This document shows positions 7,923-16,524 of a stretch of DNA of 64,000 nt, in pieces. Under the pieces are notes generated by a model. That model was not told the origin of the DNA. It worked only from the letters and a program-made list of their open reading frames with translations, and searched no databases. The position numbers and the translations under genes were made by a program. The first letter of the stretch is position 1. Each line of letters starts with the position of its first letter. Origin of the DNA: Myxococcota bacterium (GTDB lineage Bacteria > Myxococcota > JACRCW01); the NCBI GenBank assembly GCA_040752415.1, contig JBFMGU010000003.1, positions 1 through 64,000 on the forward strand. The letters run 5' to 3'.

Positions 7923-9944
7923 ATGCAACGCCCCCTTCACTCCTGCACCCTGCGCCACCTCCGTCGGCCCGGTAGCGCCCTGGCGCTCTGGTGCGCGCTC
8001 TCCGTGGCTCCCGCCTCCACGCTGGCACAGGAAGAGACCGCGCCCGCACCCGACGCGCCCCCCGCCACCGTGGAGTCGCTGGAGGCCGCCCGCAGCTCCC
8101 AGCCCGACGACGCGGAGAGCCGCTACCTTCTGGCCATGGCCTACGCCAAGGCGGGCAAGGTCGACGAGGCCATCAAGGAGCTGGAAGCCGCCATTGCCAC
8201 CGAGCCGGAGAACCCGGATTTCCACCAGGCCCTGGCCCTCATCCTCGAGAAGAAGGGCGACCAGCCGCGCGCGCTCGAGGAGTACAAGAAGGCCTTTGAC
8301 CTGGCCACCACGCCGGAGACGCAGTTTGACCTGGCGCGCGGTCTCATCCTGGCCGGCAAGGCCGACGAGGCGTGCAAGCACCTGGAGCGCCTGCTGCAGA
8401 AGGACCCCAGCTTCACCGCCGCACGCTTCAACCTGGCGCAGGCCTATGAGGCGGCGGGCCGCTACGAGGACGCGGTTGCCAGCTACACCAAGGTGAGCCA
8501 GGAGCTGCCCGGCGACTCCCGCGCGTTCATTGCCATGGGCAAGATGTACGCGGAGCGCGGCATCTACGACCAGGCGCTGGAGAGCTTCAACAAGGCGCTG
8601 GCCGTCAATCCCAAGGACGCCGACGCCAAGTACAACGTGGGGGTGGTCTATTTCCGCATGAAGCGCTTCGCGGAGAGCGCGCGTGCGTATGAAGAGGCCA
8701 TTGCGCTCAACCCCAAGCGCATCGAGGCGCACAACAACCTCGGCGTGGCCTACCAGAAGCTGGGTCAGAAGGAGAAAGCGGTGGCCCAGTTCCGAAAGGT
8801 GGTGGAGCTGGACCCCGGCTTTGCCGACGCGCATTTCAACCTGGGCCTGGCCGCCTTCCACGCCGCGCAGTTCGACGAGGCGGAGCGCGAGTTCAAGAAG
8901 ACCCTGGAGCTGAAGCCCAACAGCCCGGAGGCCAAGTTCCACCTCGGGGAGGTGTATTTCCAGAAGGGCCAGACCGGCAAAGCGCTGGACGAATACAAGG
9001 CCGCCCTCCAGCTCAGCCCCGACGACGCCGCCACGCACCGTCGACTGGCCGACGCGTACCTCAAGCAGGGCGAGCTGGACCTGGCCATTGGTGAGTACCG
9101 CGCCGCGGTGCAGGGCGACGCCAAGGACACGCAGTCCCGTCACCAGCTGGCGCGCCTGCTGCTGCTGCGCAACCGCGCCGAGGAGGCCGTGGAGGTTGCC
9201 AAGGCCGCCATTGCTGCCAACGAGAAGGACATGGAGGCGCATCACCTCGCCGCCGAGGGCTACAAGGCGCAGTCCTTCAGCGTGCTGGCGGAGAAGCAGT
9301 ACCTGGCCGCGCTGGCCGCCAACCCCGACCACGCGCTCACCCACGCGCGCTACGGCACCGTGCTGCTGGACAAGGGTGACGACGTCAGCGCCGTGCGCGA
9401 AGCCGACGCTGCCCTCAAGCTCGACCGCAAGTGCGCGCTCGCCTACTGGATTCTCGGCGAGGTCAATCTCAAGCGGCAGAACGACACCAAGAAGGCCATC
9501 GACTCGTACAAGAAGGCGGTGGACGCGGACCCCAAGTTCGTCGACGCGCGCGTGGACCTGGCCTTTGCGCAGCTGAAGGATGGCGACACCAGGAAGGCCA
9601 TCGAGAACTTCGAGCGCGCCATCCGTGACGACGGGAAGAACGCTCGCGCGCGCTACTACCTGGGCTTCGCGCTGTACAAGCAGGGCGACAAGAAGCGCGC
9701 GCTCAAGGCCTTTGAAGCCGCCGCGGAGCTGGATCCCTCGCTGGCGGAGGCGCATTACCAGGCCGGGCGCATCCTGCTGGGGGAGGGACAGAAGCAGGAG
9801 GCCGCCAACGCGTTCTTCAAGGCCGCCAGCGCCAAGCAGGGCTACGGCGACGCGCTCCTGGAACTGGACAAGCTCGCCAAGGACGGTATCAAGCCTGCGG
9901 AGACGTCAGCGGCACCGTCGCCCGGGGGCGAGGCACCGCGCTGA
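7923..9944 (+). CDS. secreted tetratricopeptide-repeat protein (AglT/GltE-like)
   Basis: 673 aa. Signal peptide (ALALWCALSVAPASTLAQE), then more than 12 canonical TPR units (e.g. AYAKAGKVDEAIKELEAAIATEPENPDFHQALALILEKKGDQPRALEEYKKAF). Confidence 0.6.
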   Translation: MQRPLHSCTLRHLRRPGSALALWCALSVAPASTLAQEETAPAPDAPPATVESLEAARSSQPDDAESRYLLAMAYAKAGKVDEAIKELEAAIATEPENPDFHQALALILEKKGDQPRALEEYKKAFDLATTPETQFDLARGLILAGKADEACKHLERLLQKDPSFTAARFNLAQAYEAAGRYEDAVASYTKVSQELPGDSRAFIAMGKMYAERGIYDQALESFNKALAVNPKDADAKYNVGVVYFRMKRFAESARAYEEAIALNPKRIEAHNNLGVAYQKLGQKEKAVAQFRKVVELDPGFADAHFNLGLAAFHAAQFDEAEREFKKTLELKPNSPEAKFHLGEVYFQKGQTGKALDEYKAALQLSPDDAATHRRLADAYLKQGELDLAIGEYRAAVQGDAKDTQSRHQLARLLLLRNRAEEAVEVAKAAIAANEKDMEAHHLAAEGYKAQSFSVLAEKQYLAALAANPDHALTHARYGTVLLDKGDDVSAVREADAALKLDRKCALAYWILGEVNLKRQNDTKKAIDSYKKAVDADPKFVDARVDLAFAQLKDGDTRKAIENFERAIRDDGKNARARYYLGFALYKQGDKKRALKAFEAAAELDPSLAEAHYQAGRILLGEGQKQEAANAFFKAASAKQGYGDALLELDKLAKDGIKPAETSAAPSPGGEAPR

Positions 9945-9962
9945 CCGTGTGGAGCTGGGGTC

Positions 9963-10511
9963 ATGGGGCGCCTGCTGTTGTGTGCAGCGCTGCTGGTGTC
10001 CGTGGGTGGTTGCTCGCTGCTGCCGTGGAATCGCGCGGCGGAGGAACGACGTCGTCAGGCCCGCAATGATGCGCTGGTCCGCAAGATGGACCACGTGGTG
10101 CGCTCCTACCTGGGCACGCGCTACCGCCTGGGCGGCAACAGTCACAAGGGCATTGATTGCTCCGGCCTGCTGGTGCGCATCTATGAGGCCGTGGGCATCC
10201 GGCTGCCGCGCACCGCCTCCGCGCAGTACGACGTGGGTCGCGGGGCGGACTCCGACGAGCTCCAGTACGGCGACATCCTCTTCTTCAACACCAAGCCGCT
10301 GGGAAGACGGACGTCGTGCCTGTTCCCCGGGCCCATGGCCCGCGCGGATGTGCCGCTCATCTATGGGTTGACCCACAGCGGGATGTACGTGGGGCGCGGC
10401 CGGTTCGTGCACGCTTCGTCCAGCAGCGGCGTGAGCTATGCCCACCTGGATGACGAGTACTGGCAGGACCGGTTCATCGGCGCTCGTCGGATCCTGGATG
10501 ATTTTGACTGA
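9963..10511 (+). CDS. NlpC/P60 (C40) peptidoglycan endopeptidase lipoprotein
   Basis: Lipobox LVSVGGCS. Catalytic Cys context GIDCSGLLVRIY and His context LTHSGMYVGRGRFVHAS are typical of NlpC/P60. Confidence 0.75.
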   Translation: MGRLLLCAALLVSVGGCSLLPWNRAAEERRRQARNDALVRKMDHVVRSYLGTRYRLGGNSHKGIDCSGLLVRIYEAVGIRLPRTASAQYDVGRGADSDELQYGDILFFNTKPLGRRTSCLFPGPMARADVPLIYGLTHSGMYVGRGRFVHASSSSGVSYAHLDDEYWQDRFIGARRILDDFD

Positions 10512-10619
10512 TCGGACTTGCGCGTGGGCTGGGCCCTTGCCAAATGGCCGCGGCTGATTTTTCTTGTTTCCCCACACCGGGCCTTGGTAGCCCGGGGGCC
10601 TTCCGAGTGGGACCACGGT

Positions 10620-10960
10620 TCATGATTCGTCTGGCGCGTTGGGTTCGACTGCTGTGCGTGGGGGCCATGTTGTGCGCCCCGGGCGCGGCGTTGGCCCGTG
10701 CGCAGACGGACCTGGCCGAGCAGTCATCGCCGGGACAGCGCCTGCTCGAGGAAGAAGTCCACCAGCACGTGGAGCGTCGGCCGGTGGCCCTGCGACACCG
10801 CGGGGTGGTGCCCACGCCCCGGGTTGGCGTCCACCACAAGCGCATCGTTGACCAGCAACCGGTGCATCCCCTGCTGGAACGGGGAGTGGCCGCGCGCCAG
10901 CGCTCCGTCCAGCTGCCGCGGCGCACCGCGCCCCCTCCAGACGTAGAGAAACGCGCCTGA
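10620..10960 (+). CDS. hypothetical small secreted protein (weak call)
   Basis: Internal start MIRLARWVRLLCVGAMLCAPGAALARAQ looks like a signal peptide. No recognisable domain. It overlaps a long antisense artefact ORF. Confidence 0.2.
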
Positions 10961-11144
10961 CGGCGTGAAGGCCGGCTGATTCCCTGACGAGCCCCGGGTT
11001 CGGGCTGCGCATTGTTGCGTGGTCCGCCCGGCCCGTCACCGGCCCACCCATCCACACGCAGAACTGCAACCTCTGTCGTCGTCGGTGATGCCGCCGCACG
11101 CGCTGCGTGTGCCCGGTGTCTCCGAAAGCGCGGGCTGAACCACC

Positions 11145-12755
11145 ATGTCCAACACCTCCTCCGACGTCACCGAGCTGGTCCCGGCGCCCGTCGCGCATGA
11201 CCCCCCTCTCGACGTCACCGAGCCGCCCCGCGTGGTTCCGGTGCTCCTCCTTGCCGTGGTGTCCACCGGACTGCTGGGCGCCTCCAGCCTGGCGCTGGCG
11301 CCGCTGAGCGCGCTGCTGGCCACCCCGTTCCTGGGCGGGCTCCTCGTGCTGCTGGCGCCGGTCTCGCACCGCGGGGTGCTGCGCGCGCTCACACTGGTCA
11401 CGTCGGTGGTGACGCTGGTGCGGGCCTGGTCGCTGCTGGGGCCCTTTGACGGGTCGGTGGCCAGCCTGCAGCTGGTGGAAAGGCACCCGTGGGCCCCGGA
11501 AATGGGGATGTCCTACGTGCTGGGTGTCGACGGGCTCTCGTTCCCGCTGGTGCTCCTGACCACGCTGGTCAGCACGGTGGCCACGGTGGCCTCCGCCAAC
11601 CTCGGCGACCGGCCGCGCGGATTCTGGGGCTGCCTGCTGCTGCTGGAGGCGGCCATGCTCGGCGTGTTCACCGCGCAGGACTGGTTCCTCTTCTACAGCT
11701 TCTGGGAGATCACGCTCATCCCGCTGTTCCTGCTCGTCGGAGTGTGGGGCGGGGCGGGTCGTCACCATGCGGCCATGAGCTTCTTCCTCTACACGCTGGC
11801 CGGCTCCATCTTCATGCTGCTCGCCATGCTCGCGGCGCACGACGCCACGCCGGGCCACACCTTTGACATGGCGGAGATGGCGCACGCCGCGCGCAGCTGG
11901 CCGCTCAACTTCCAGGAGATGGTGCTGCTGGGTTTCCTCCTCGGCTTCGCGGTGAAGATCCCGGTCTTCCCGCTGCACGGGTGGCTGCCGCTGGCGCACG
12001 TGGAAGCTCCGGTGCCGGTCAGCATGCTGCTCTCCGCGGTGCTCCTGAAGATGGGCTCCTACGGGCTGCTGCGCGTTGGCGTCATGGTCCCCGCGGCGCT
12101 GGACGCGTTCGCGCCGGTGCTGATGGGCCTGGCGCTGGTCAACATCATCTACGGCGCGCTCATGAGCTGGCGCCAGAACGATCTCAAGAGCGCGGTGGCG
12201 TACTCGTCGGTGAGCCACATGGGCTTCGTGGTGCTGGGCATCTCCGCCGCCAACCTCACCGGGCTCGTCGGCGCGACGATGCAGATGCTCACCCACGGCA
12301 TCATCACCGCCGGGCTCTTCATGATGGTGGGCGCGCTGTATCACCGCACGCACACGCGACAGCTCACCGAGTACGGCGGCCTGGGTCCGCGGGTGCCCGT
12401 GCTGGCCGCGTTCACGACGGTGGCGGTGCTGGGCTCCATGGGCCTGCCCGGCCTGGCCGGTTTCGTCAGTGAGCTGCACACGCTCGTCGGCGGGTTCGAG
12501 CGCTGGGGCATGGTGGCGGTGCTGGCGTGCGTGGGCGTGATCATCACCGGCGCCACGTGCATCCGCATCCTGGCCCGCGCCTTCATGGGTCCGGCCAACC
12601 CACGCCTCCCGCACCTGGGCGACGCGAACGTCTGGGAGTGGGTGGGCATGGCGCCGTTGGTGCTGCTCGTCGTGGGACTGGGGCTGCAGCCGGCGCTGGC
12701 CCTGGACCTCATGTCCGCCACGCTGGGCCGCATGGCCGCGGCGCTCAACCGATGA
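11145..12755 (+). CDS. complex-I antiporter-like subunit, NuoM/ND4 family (Proton_antipo_M)
   Basis: 536 aa polytopic membrane protein. ND4/NuoM hallmarks are present: LGVDGLSFPLVLLTTLV, FLFYSFWEITLIPLFLLVGVWGG, FFLYTLAGSIFMLLAML, AYSSVSHMGFVVLGI. Confidence 0.75.
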   Translation: MSNTSSDVTELVPAPVAHDPPLDVTEPPRVVPVLLLAVVSTGLLGASSLALAPLSALLATPFLGGLLVLLAPVSHRGVLRALTLVTSVVTLVRAWSLLGPFDGSVASLQLVERHPWAPEMGMSYVLGVDGLSFPLVLLTTLVSTVATVASANLGDRPRGFWGCLLLLEAAMLGVFTAQDWFLFYSFWEITLIPLFLLVGVWGGAGRHHAAMSFFLYTLAGSIFMLLAMLAAHDATPGHTFDMAEMAHAARSWPLNFQEMVLLGFLLGFAVKIPVFPLHGWLPLAHVEAPVPVSMLLSAVLLKMGSYGLLRVGVMVPAALDAFAPVLMGLALVNIIYGALMSWRQNDLKSAVAYSSVSHMGFVVLGISAANLTGLVGATMQMLTHGIITAGLFMMVGALYHRTHTRQLTEYGGLGPRVPVLAAFTTVAVLGSMGLPGLAGFVSELHTLVGGFERWGMVAVLACVGVIITGATCIRILARAFMGPANPRLPHLGDANVWEWVGMAPLVLLVVGLGLQPALALDLMSATLGRMAAALNR

Positions 12756-12765
12756 CGGAGTCACC

Positions 12766-15700
12766 ATGAGCACGCACAACCACGCGCACGAAACTCCCCG
12801 GGACCCCCGCGAGCGCCTCCGTCACGAGGTGGAGCACGCCAGTCATCTGCTCGCGGCGCAGGGGCCCATCCGCACCTTTGTGCACCACAATACGCTGCAT
12901 GGCCTGCAACACCTGCACTTCGACGACGCCATCCGGGAAGCGGAGCGCGTGCTGGGAGGGCAGGGTTATCTGCCGGTGGAGACGTTCCGGCGCCTGCACG
13001 TCGAGGGACGTATCCCGCGGGACCAGCTGCTGCGCGCGCTGGAGGAGCTGTCCGGCCTGCCCCTGACCGAGAAGCCAGCGGCCAACGTCACCGTGCGCGA
13101 CGTGGTGATGGCCCACCTGCTCCACGGCGTGGACCGGGCGTCTCCGTCGGAGTTGGCGTGGGAGATCGAGGGGCGGGGTGCGTTGGGCCGCTTGCGCGGG
13201 GACCTGCCGGCGGACGTGCGCGCGCAGTTGCTGCGGAAGGCCCACGACGAGCTGGAGCGTGGAGTTGCGCGCATTGGCGTGGAGTGGACCATCTCGGACT
13301 GGCTGGGCTCCATCACCGGTCTCGACGTGGCCGGGCATGTCACACGGGTTGCCGCGAGCGGAGGAGACGCCGGTGGCGCGGAACGCGCGTTGCGCGAGCT
13401 GGGGATTCCCGTCGAAAAGCGGGCGGGATACGTCGAGCTTGCGCAGCGTCGATGTCCTTCCGGACCGGACGCGTGGCTGCACCTGGAGGCGTTGACCGTG
13501 TCCGCGCTGGCGGAACGGCATTGGAGCGTGGAGGGAAATCTTCCGTCGCTGCAGCGCCACTTCCGAGAGCACGTGGAGGCCTATGCCGCCGAGACGCTTT
13601 GGCGCGCCTGCCTGGGCATCTGGGCCCTCGAGGACCCCACGTCTCCGACGGACGCCGCGTTGTCCCCGCGCGACCCGCACGGAGGCGTGGCCGAGCAGGC
13701 GTGGATCCATGCGGAGGAGATGGAGGCGGCCGGCGGTCCCGCGGTCACGTTGACGTCGTCACAGGTGGCCACCGTCCAGGCGCTGCTGACGCGAGCGGAC
13801 GAGGGTGACCACGCACGCCTGTGCTGGACCATCCAGCGCGAGTTGCGGGCAGCGGAGCTGGGGCGCGCAGGCTTGGAAGCGCTGCGCACGTTGCTCTCGC
13901 TCCACGCCGATGAAGTGGCTGCCAGGTTGCAGGAAGAGCTGCGCACGCAGGACCCGCACGCGCGCATGCTCGCCCACGCCCACGACGTCGCGACGAGCCT
14001 CATGGACGGACTGGCACACGGTTCCACCCACCGTGACGTTCTCCTGGCGGTCACCGGCGTCGACGTCAACGAGCGCGTGCATCCACGCATGTTGGAGCTG
14101 TGCTCCGCGTTCCTCGACGGAGGGATGGCCACCTGGCGCATGCCCGGTCGGACGCTCGGCCTCTACGACGCGTGGCGGAACCATGCTTCGCATGTGCTCG
14201 ATCTCGGAAATCCCGACGACCAGGAGCTGAAGTCGGCGCTCGCGGAGCTTCCCGTGCTGCCCGTGGACGCGGTGTTGCAGTCGCTGCGCGCGCTTGGTGT
14301 CGAGGAGGAGGCGTGGGGAGGGTACCTGGGACGCATCCTGCTGCAGCTGCCGGGATGGGGCGGGATGATCAGCTGGATGGAGCGCTCCGGACGACGGGAA
14401 CGCTCCGTGGACCTGGTGCAATTCCTCGCGGTGCGACTGTTCCTCGAACGGATGGAGATTGCGCGGCTGGCGCGTCGGACGTGGCACGTGGAGGGGACCA
14501 CCGAGGGCCTGCGCCAGTATTTCCTGACCCACCCCGAGGAGATCGTGGTCCGGCGGGAGCTGTTCTCCGGTTCCCTCCCCGAGCACCTGGCGGAAACCGC
14601 GCGACACCTCTGCCACGACGAGAATCCCCGACACCGCGCCGGTTGGACCTCGCTCGCGAATCTCCTGTGGCACCACCACGAGATCACCGGCGGCATCTCC
14701 GCGCATGACCACGCCTGGCGTCTCTTCCACCTCTCGCAGCTGCTGGGCCTGGGCGCCGAGGAGGTCCGTGCGCTGACCCGCGACGACGCCACGGCGCTGC
14801 TGAGGGTGCTGGACGGGTTTCCCGTCGAGAAGCACCGGCGCATCTGGCAGGCCGCGTATGAAAGCACCTACCGCGACCAGGTCCTGGACGCGCTCTGGCA
14901 GAACCGCGGGCGTGGACGTTGGAAGGACCGCCCGACGAGACCGCGCGCGCAGATTGCTTTCTGCATCGATGACCGGGAGGAGTCGTTCCGTCGTCACGTG
15001 GAGGAGATTGACCCGGAGTACGAGACGCTGGGCGTGGCCGGGTTCTTTGGCGTGGCCGTGCACTACCAGGGTCTCGACGACGAGGCGGCCAGCGCGCGCT
15101 GTCCCCTGGGTGTGAACCCGCAGCACCACGTGCGCGAGGTGGCGCAGGAGGATGCGGGGCGACAGATGGCGCGTCATCGCTCGGAGTCACGCTGGCAGCA
15201 GGCGGTTTCCGACGTGTTGTGGGAGCTGCGTCGCAGCCTGGTGGGCAGCTACTTCCTGGTGGACCTGGTGGGGGCGGTCTCGGCGGTGCCCTTGCTTGGG
15301 CGCGTGGCGTTCCCCGGCGCGTTTGACGACGTGGCGAACCGCGTCCGTAGCCCCATGAACACCGCCGTTCCCACCCGCCTCACCGTGGACGCGCGGGAGG
15401 TGGACGGACGCCGCAGCGGGTTCACCACCGCCGAGCAGGCCGACCGCGTGGAAGCCACGTTGCGCAACATGGGATTGACGTCGGGATTCGGGGCGGTGGT
15501 GCTGCTGTTTGGTCACGGATCCATCAGCGTCAACAATCCACACCTTTCCGCGTACGACTGCGGCGCGTGCGGCGGCAACCACGGTGGCCCCAACGCACGA
15601 CTCTTCGCCGCCATGGCCAATGCGCCGGAGGTGCGCGCGGTGCTGGCCACACGCGGCATCGTGATTCCCGACGACACCTGGTTCGTGGGCGCGGAGCACA

Positions 15701-16524
15701 ACACCTGCAATGAGCTGCTCACGTACTACGACACCGACGTCATTCCCGCGTCCAACAAGCAGGCCTTCGCGGAGCTGGTGAAGGACATGGAGGAGGCGCG
15801 TCGACGTTCCGCGCACGAGCGGGCTCGGCGTTTCCGGTCCGCGCCGCGCAATCCCACGCCGGAGCGCGCGTTGCGGCACGTGCAGGAGCGCGCGGTGGAC
15901 CTCAGCCAGGCGCGACCGGAGCTGGGACACGCCACCAACGCCTGCGCCGTCGTGGGGCGGCGGTCCCTGACGCGCGGGGTGTTCCTGGATCGCCGCGCGT
16001 TCCTCATCTCCTACGACGCCACGCAGGACCCCACGGGGAGCATCCTGGAGCGCATCCTGATGGCGGTGGGGCCGGTGGGGGCGGGCATCAACCTGGAATA
16101 CTACTTCTCCACCGTCGACAACCTGCGCTTCGGCTGCGGCTCCAAGGTGGTGCACAACGTCAACGGGCTGCTCGGCGTGATGGACGGTCCGCGCAGCGAC
16201 CTGCGTACCGGGCTCCCCAAGCAGATGGTCGAGATCCACGAGCCCATGCGGCTGCAGATGATCGTCGAGGCCAGCACGGAAACCCTCGGCGCCATCTACG
16301 GACGACAGAAGCCGTTGCAGGAGCTCATTGGCAACGCGTGGGTGCACCTGGTGGCCGTGGACCCGCACAGCGGGGAGGCCTCGGTGTTCACGCCTGGCCG
16401 GGGATTCGTGCCCTGGACGCCGCCGGGGAGCGCGCTCCCAACGGTCAAGGCCTCGTCGGACTGGTACCGCGAAAAAGCGGATTTCATTCCTCCCGCGCTG
16501 ATCCAGGGGGACCGCCATGCTTGA
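12766..16524 (+). CDS. DUF2309/DabA-like protein (putative beta-CA-like CO2-hydrating subunit of a DAB-type complex), unusually long (1252 aa)
   Basis: N-terminal AAQGPIRTFVHHNTLHGLQH matches the conserved DabA/UPF0753 N-terminus. Internal FCIDDREESFRRH (CxDxR) and GHGSISVNNPHLSAYDCGACGGNHGGPNAR (His/Cys) resemble the Zn-ligand motifs reported for DabA. It starts 11 nt after the upstream ND4-like gene, and its 3' end overlaps the next gene by 8 nt. Confidence 0.8.
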   Translation: MSTHNHAHETPRDPRERLRHEVEHASHLLAAQGPIRTFVHHNTLHGLQHLHFDDAIREAERVLGGQGYLPVETFRRLHVEGRIPRDQLLRALEELSGLPLTEKPAANVTVRDVVMAHLLHGVDRASPSELAWEIEGRGALGRLRGDLPADVRAQLLRKAHDELERGVARIGVEWTISDWLGSITGLDVAGHVTRVAASGGDAGGAERALRELGIPVEKRAGYVELAQRRCPSGPDAWLHLEALTVSALAERHWSVEGNLPSLQRHFREHVEAYAAETLWRACLGIWALEDPTSPTDAALSPRDPHGGVAEQAWIHAEEMEAAGGPAVTLTSSQVATVQALLTRADEGDHARLCWTIQRELRAAELGRAGLEALRTLLSLHADEVAARLQEELRTQDPHARMLAHAHDVATSLMDGLAHGSTHRDVLLAVTGVDVNERVHPRMLELCSAFLDGGMATWRMPGRTLGLYDAWRNHASHVLDLGNPDDQELKSALAELPVLPVDAVLQSLRALGVEEEAWGGYLGRILLQLPGWGGMISWMERSGRRERSVDLVQFLAVRLFLERMEIARLARRTWHVEGTTEGLRQYFLTHPEEIVVRRELFSGSLPEHLAETARHLCHDENPRHRAGWTSLANLLWHHHEITGGISAHDHAWRLFHLSQLLGLGAEEVRALTRDDATALLRVLDGFPVEKHRRIWQAAYESTYRDQVLDALWQNRGRGRWKDRPTRPRAQIAFCIDDREESFRRHVEEIDPEYETLGVAGFFGVAVHYQGLDDEAASARCPLGVNPQHHVREVAQEDAGRQMARHRSESRWQQAVSDVLWELRRSLVGSYFLVDLVGAVSAVPLLGRVAFPGAFDDVANRVRSPMNTAVPTRLTVDAREVDGRRSGFTTAEQADRVEATLRNMGLTSGFGAVVLLFGHGSISVNNPHLSAYDCGACGGNHGGPNARLFAAMANAPEVRAVLATRGIVIPDDTWFVGAEHNTCNELLTYYDTDVIPASNKQAFAELVKDMEEARRRSAHERARRFRSAPRNPTPERALRHVQERAVDLSQARPELGHATNACAVVGRRSLTRGVFLDRRAFLISYDATQDPTGSILERILMAVGPVGAGINLEYYFSTVDNLRFGCGSKVVHNVNGLLGVMDGPRSDLRTGLPKQMVEIHEPMRLQMIVEASTETLGAIYGRQKPLQELIGNAWVHLVAVDPHSGEASVFTPGRGFVPWTPPGSALPTVKASSDWYREKADFIPPALIQGDRHA

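Noticed and set aside
7143-9755. 870-aa minus-strand ORF antisense to the 673-aa TPR gene
   Set aside because: Same antisense high-GC artefact. No domain signatures. Overlaps a gene with clear TPR repeats.
10620-12779. 719-aa minus-strand ORF across the ND4-like gene
   Set aside because: Arg/His/Gln-rich nonsense composition. Antisense to a membrane protein with canonical antiporter motifs.
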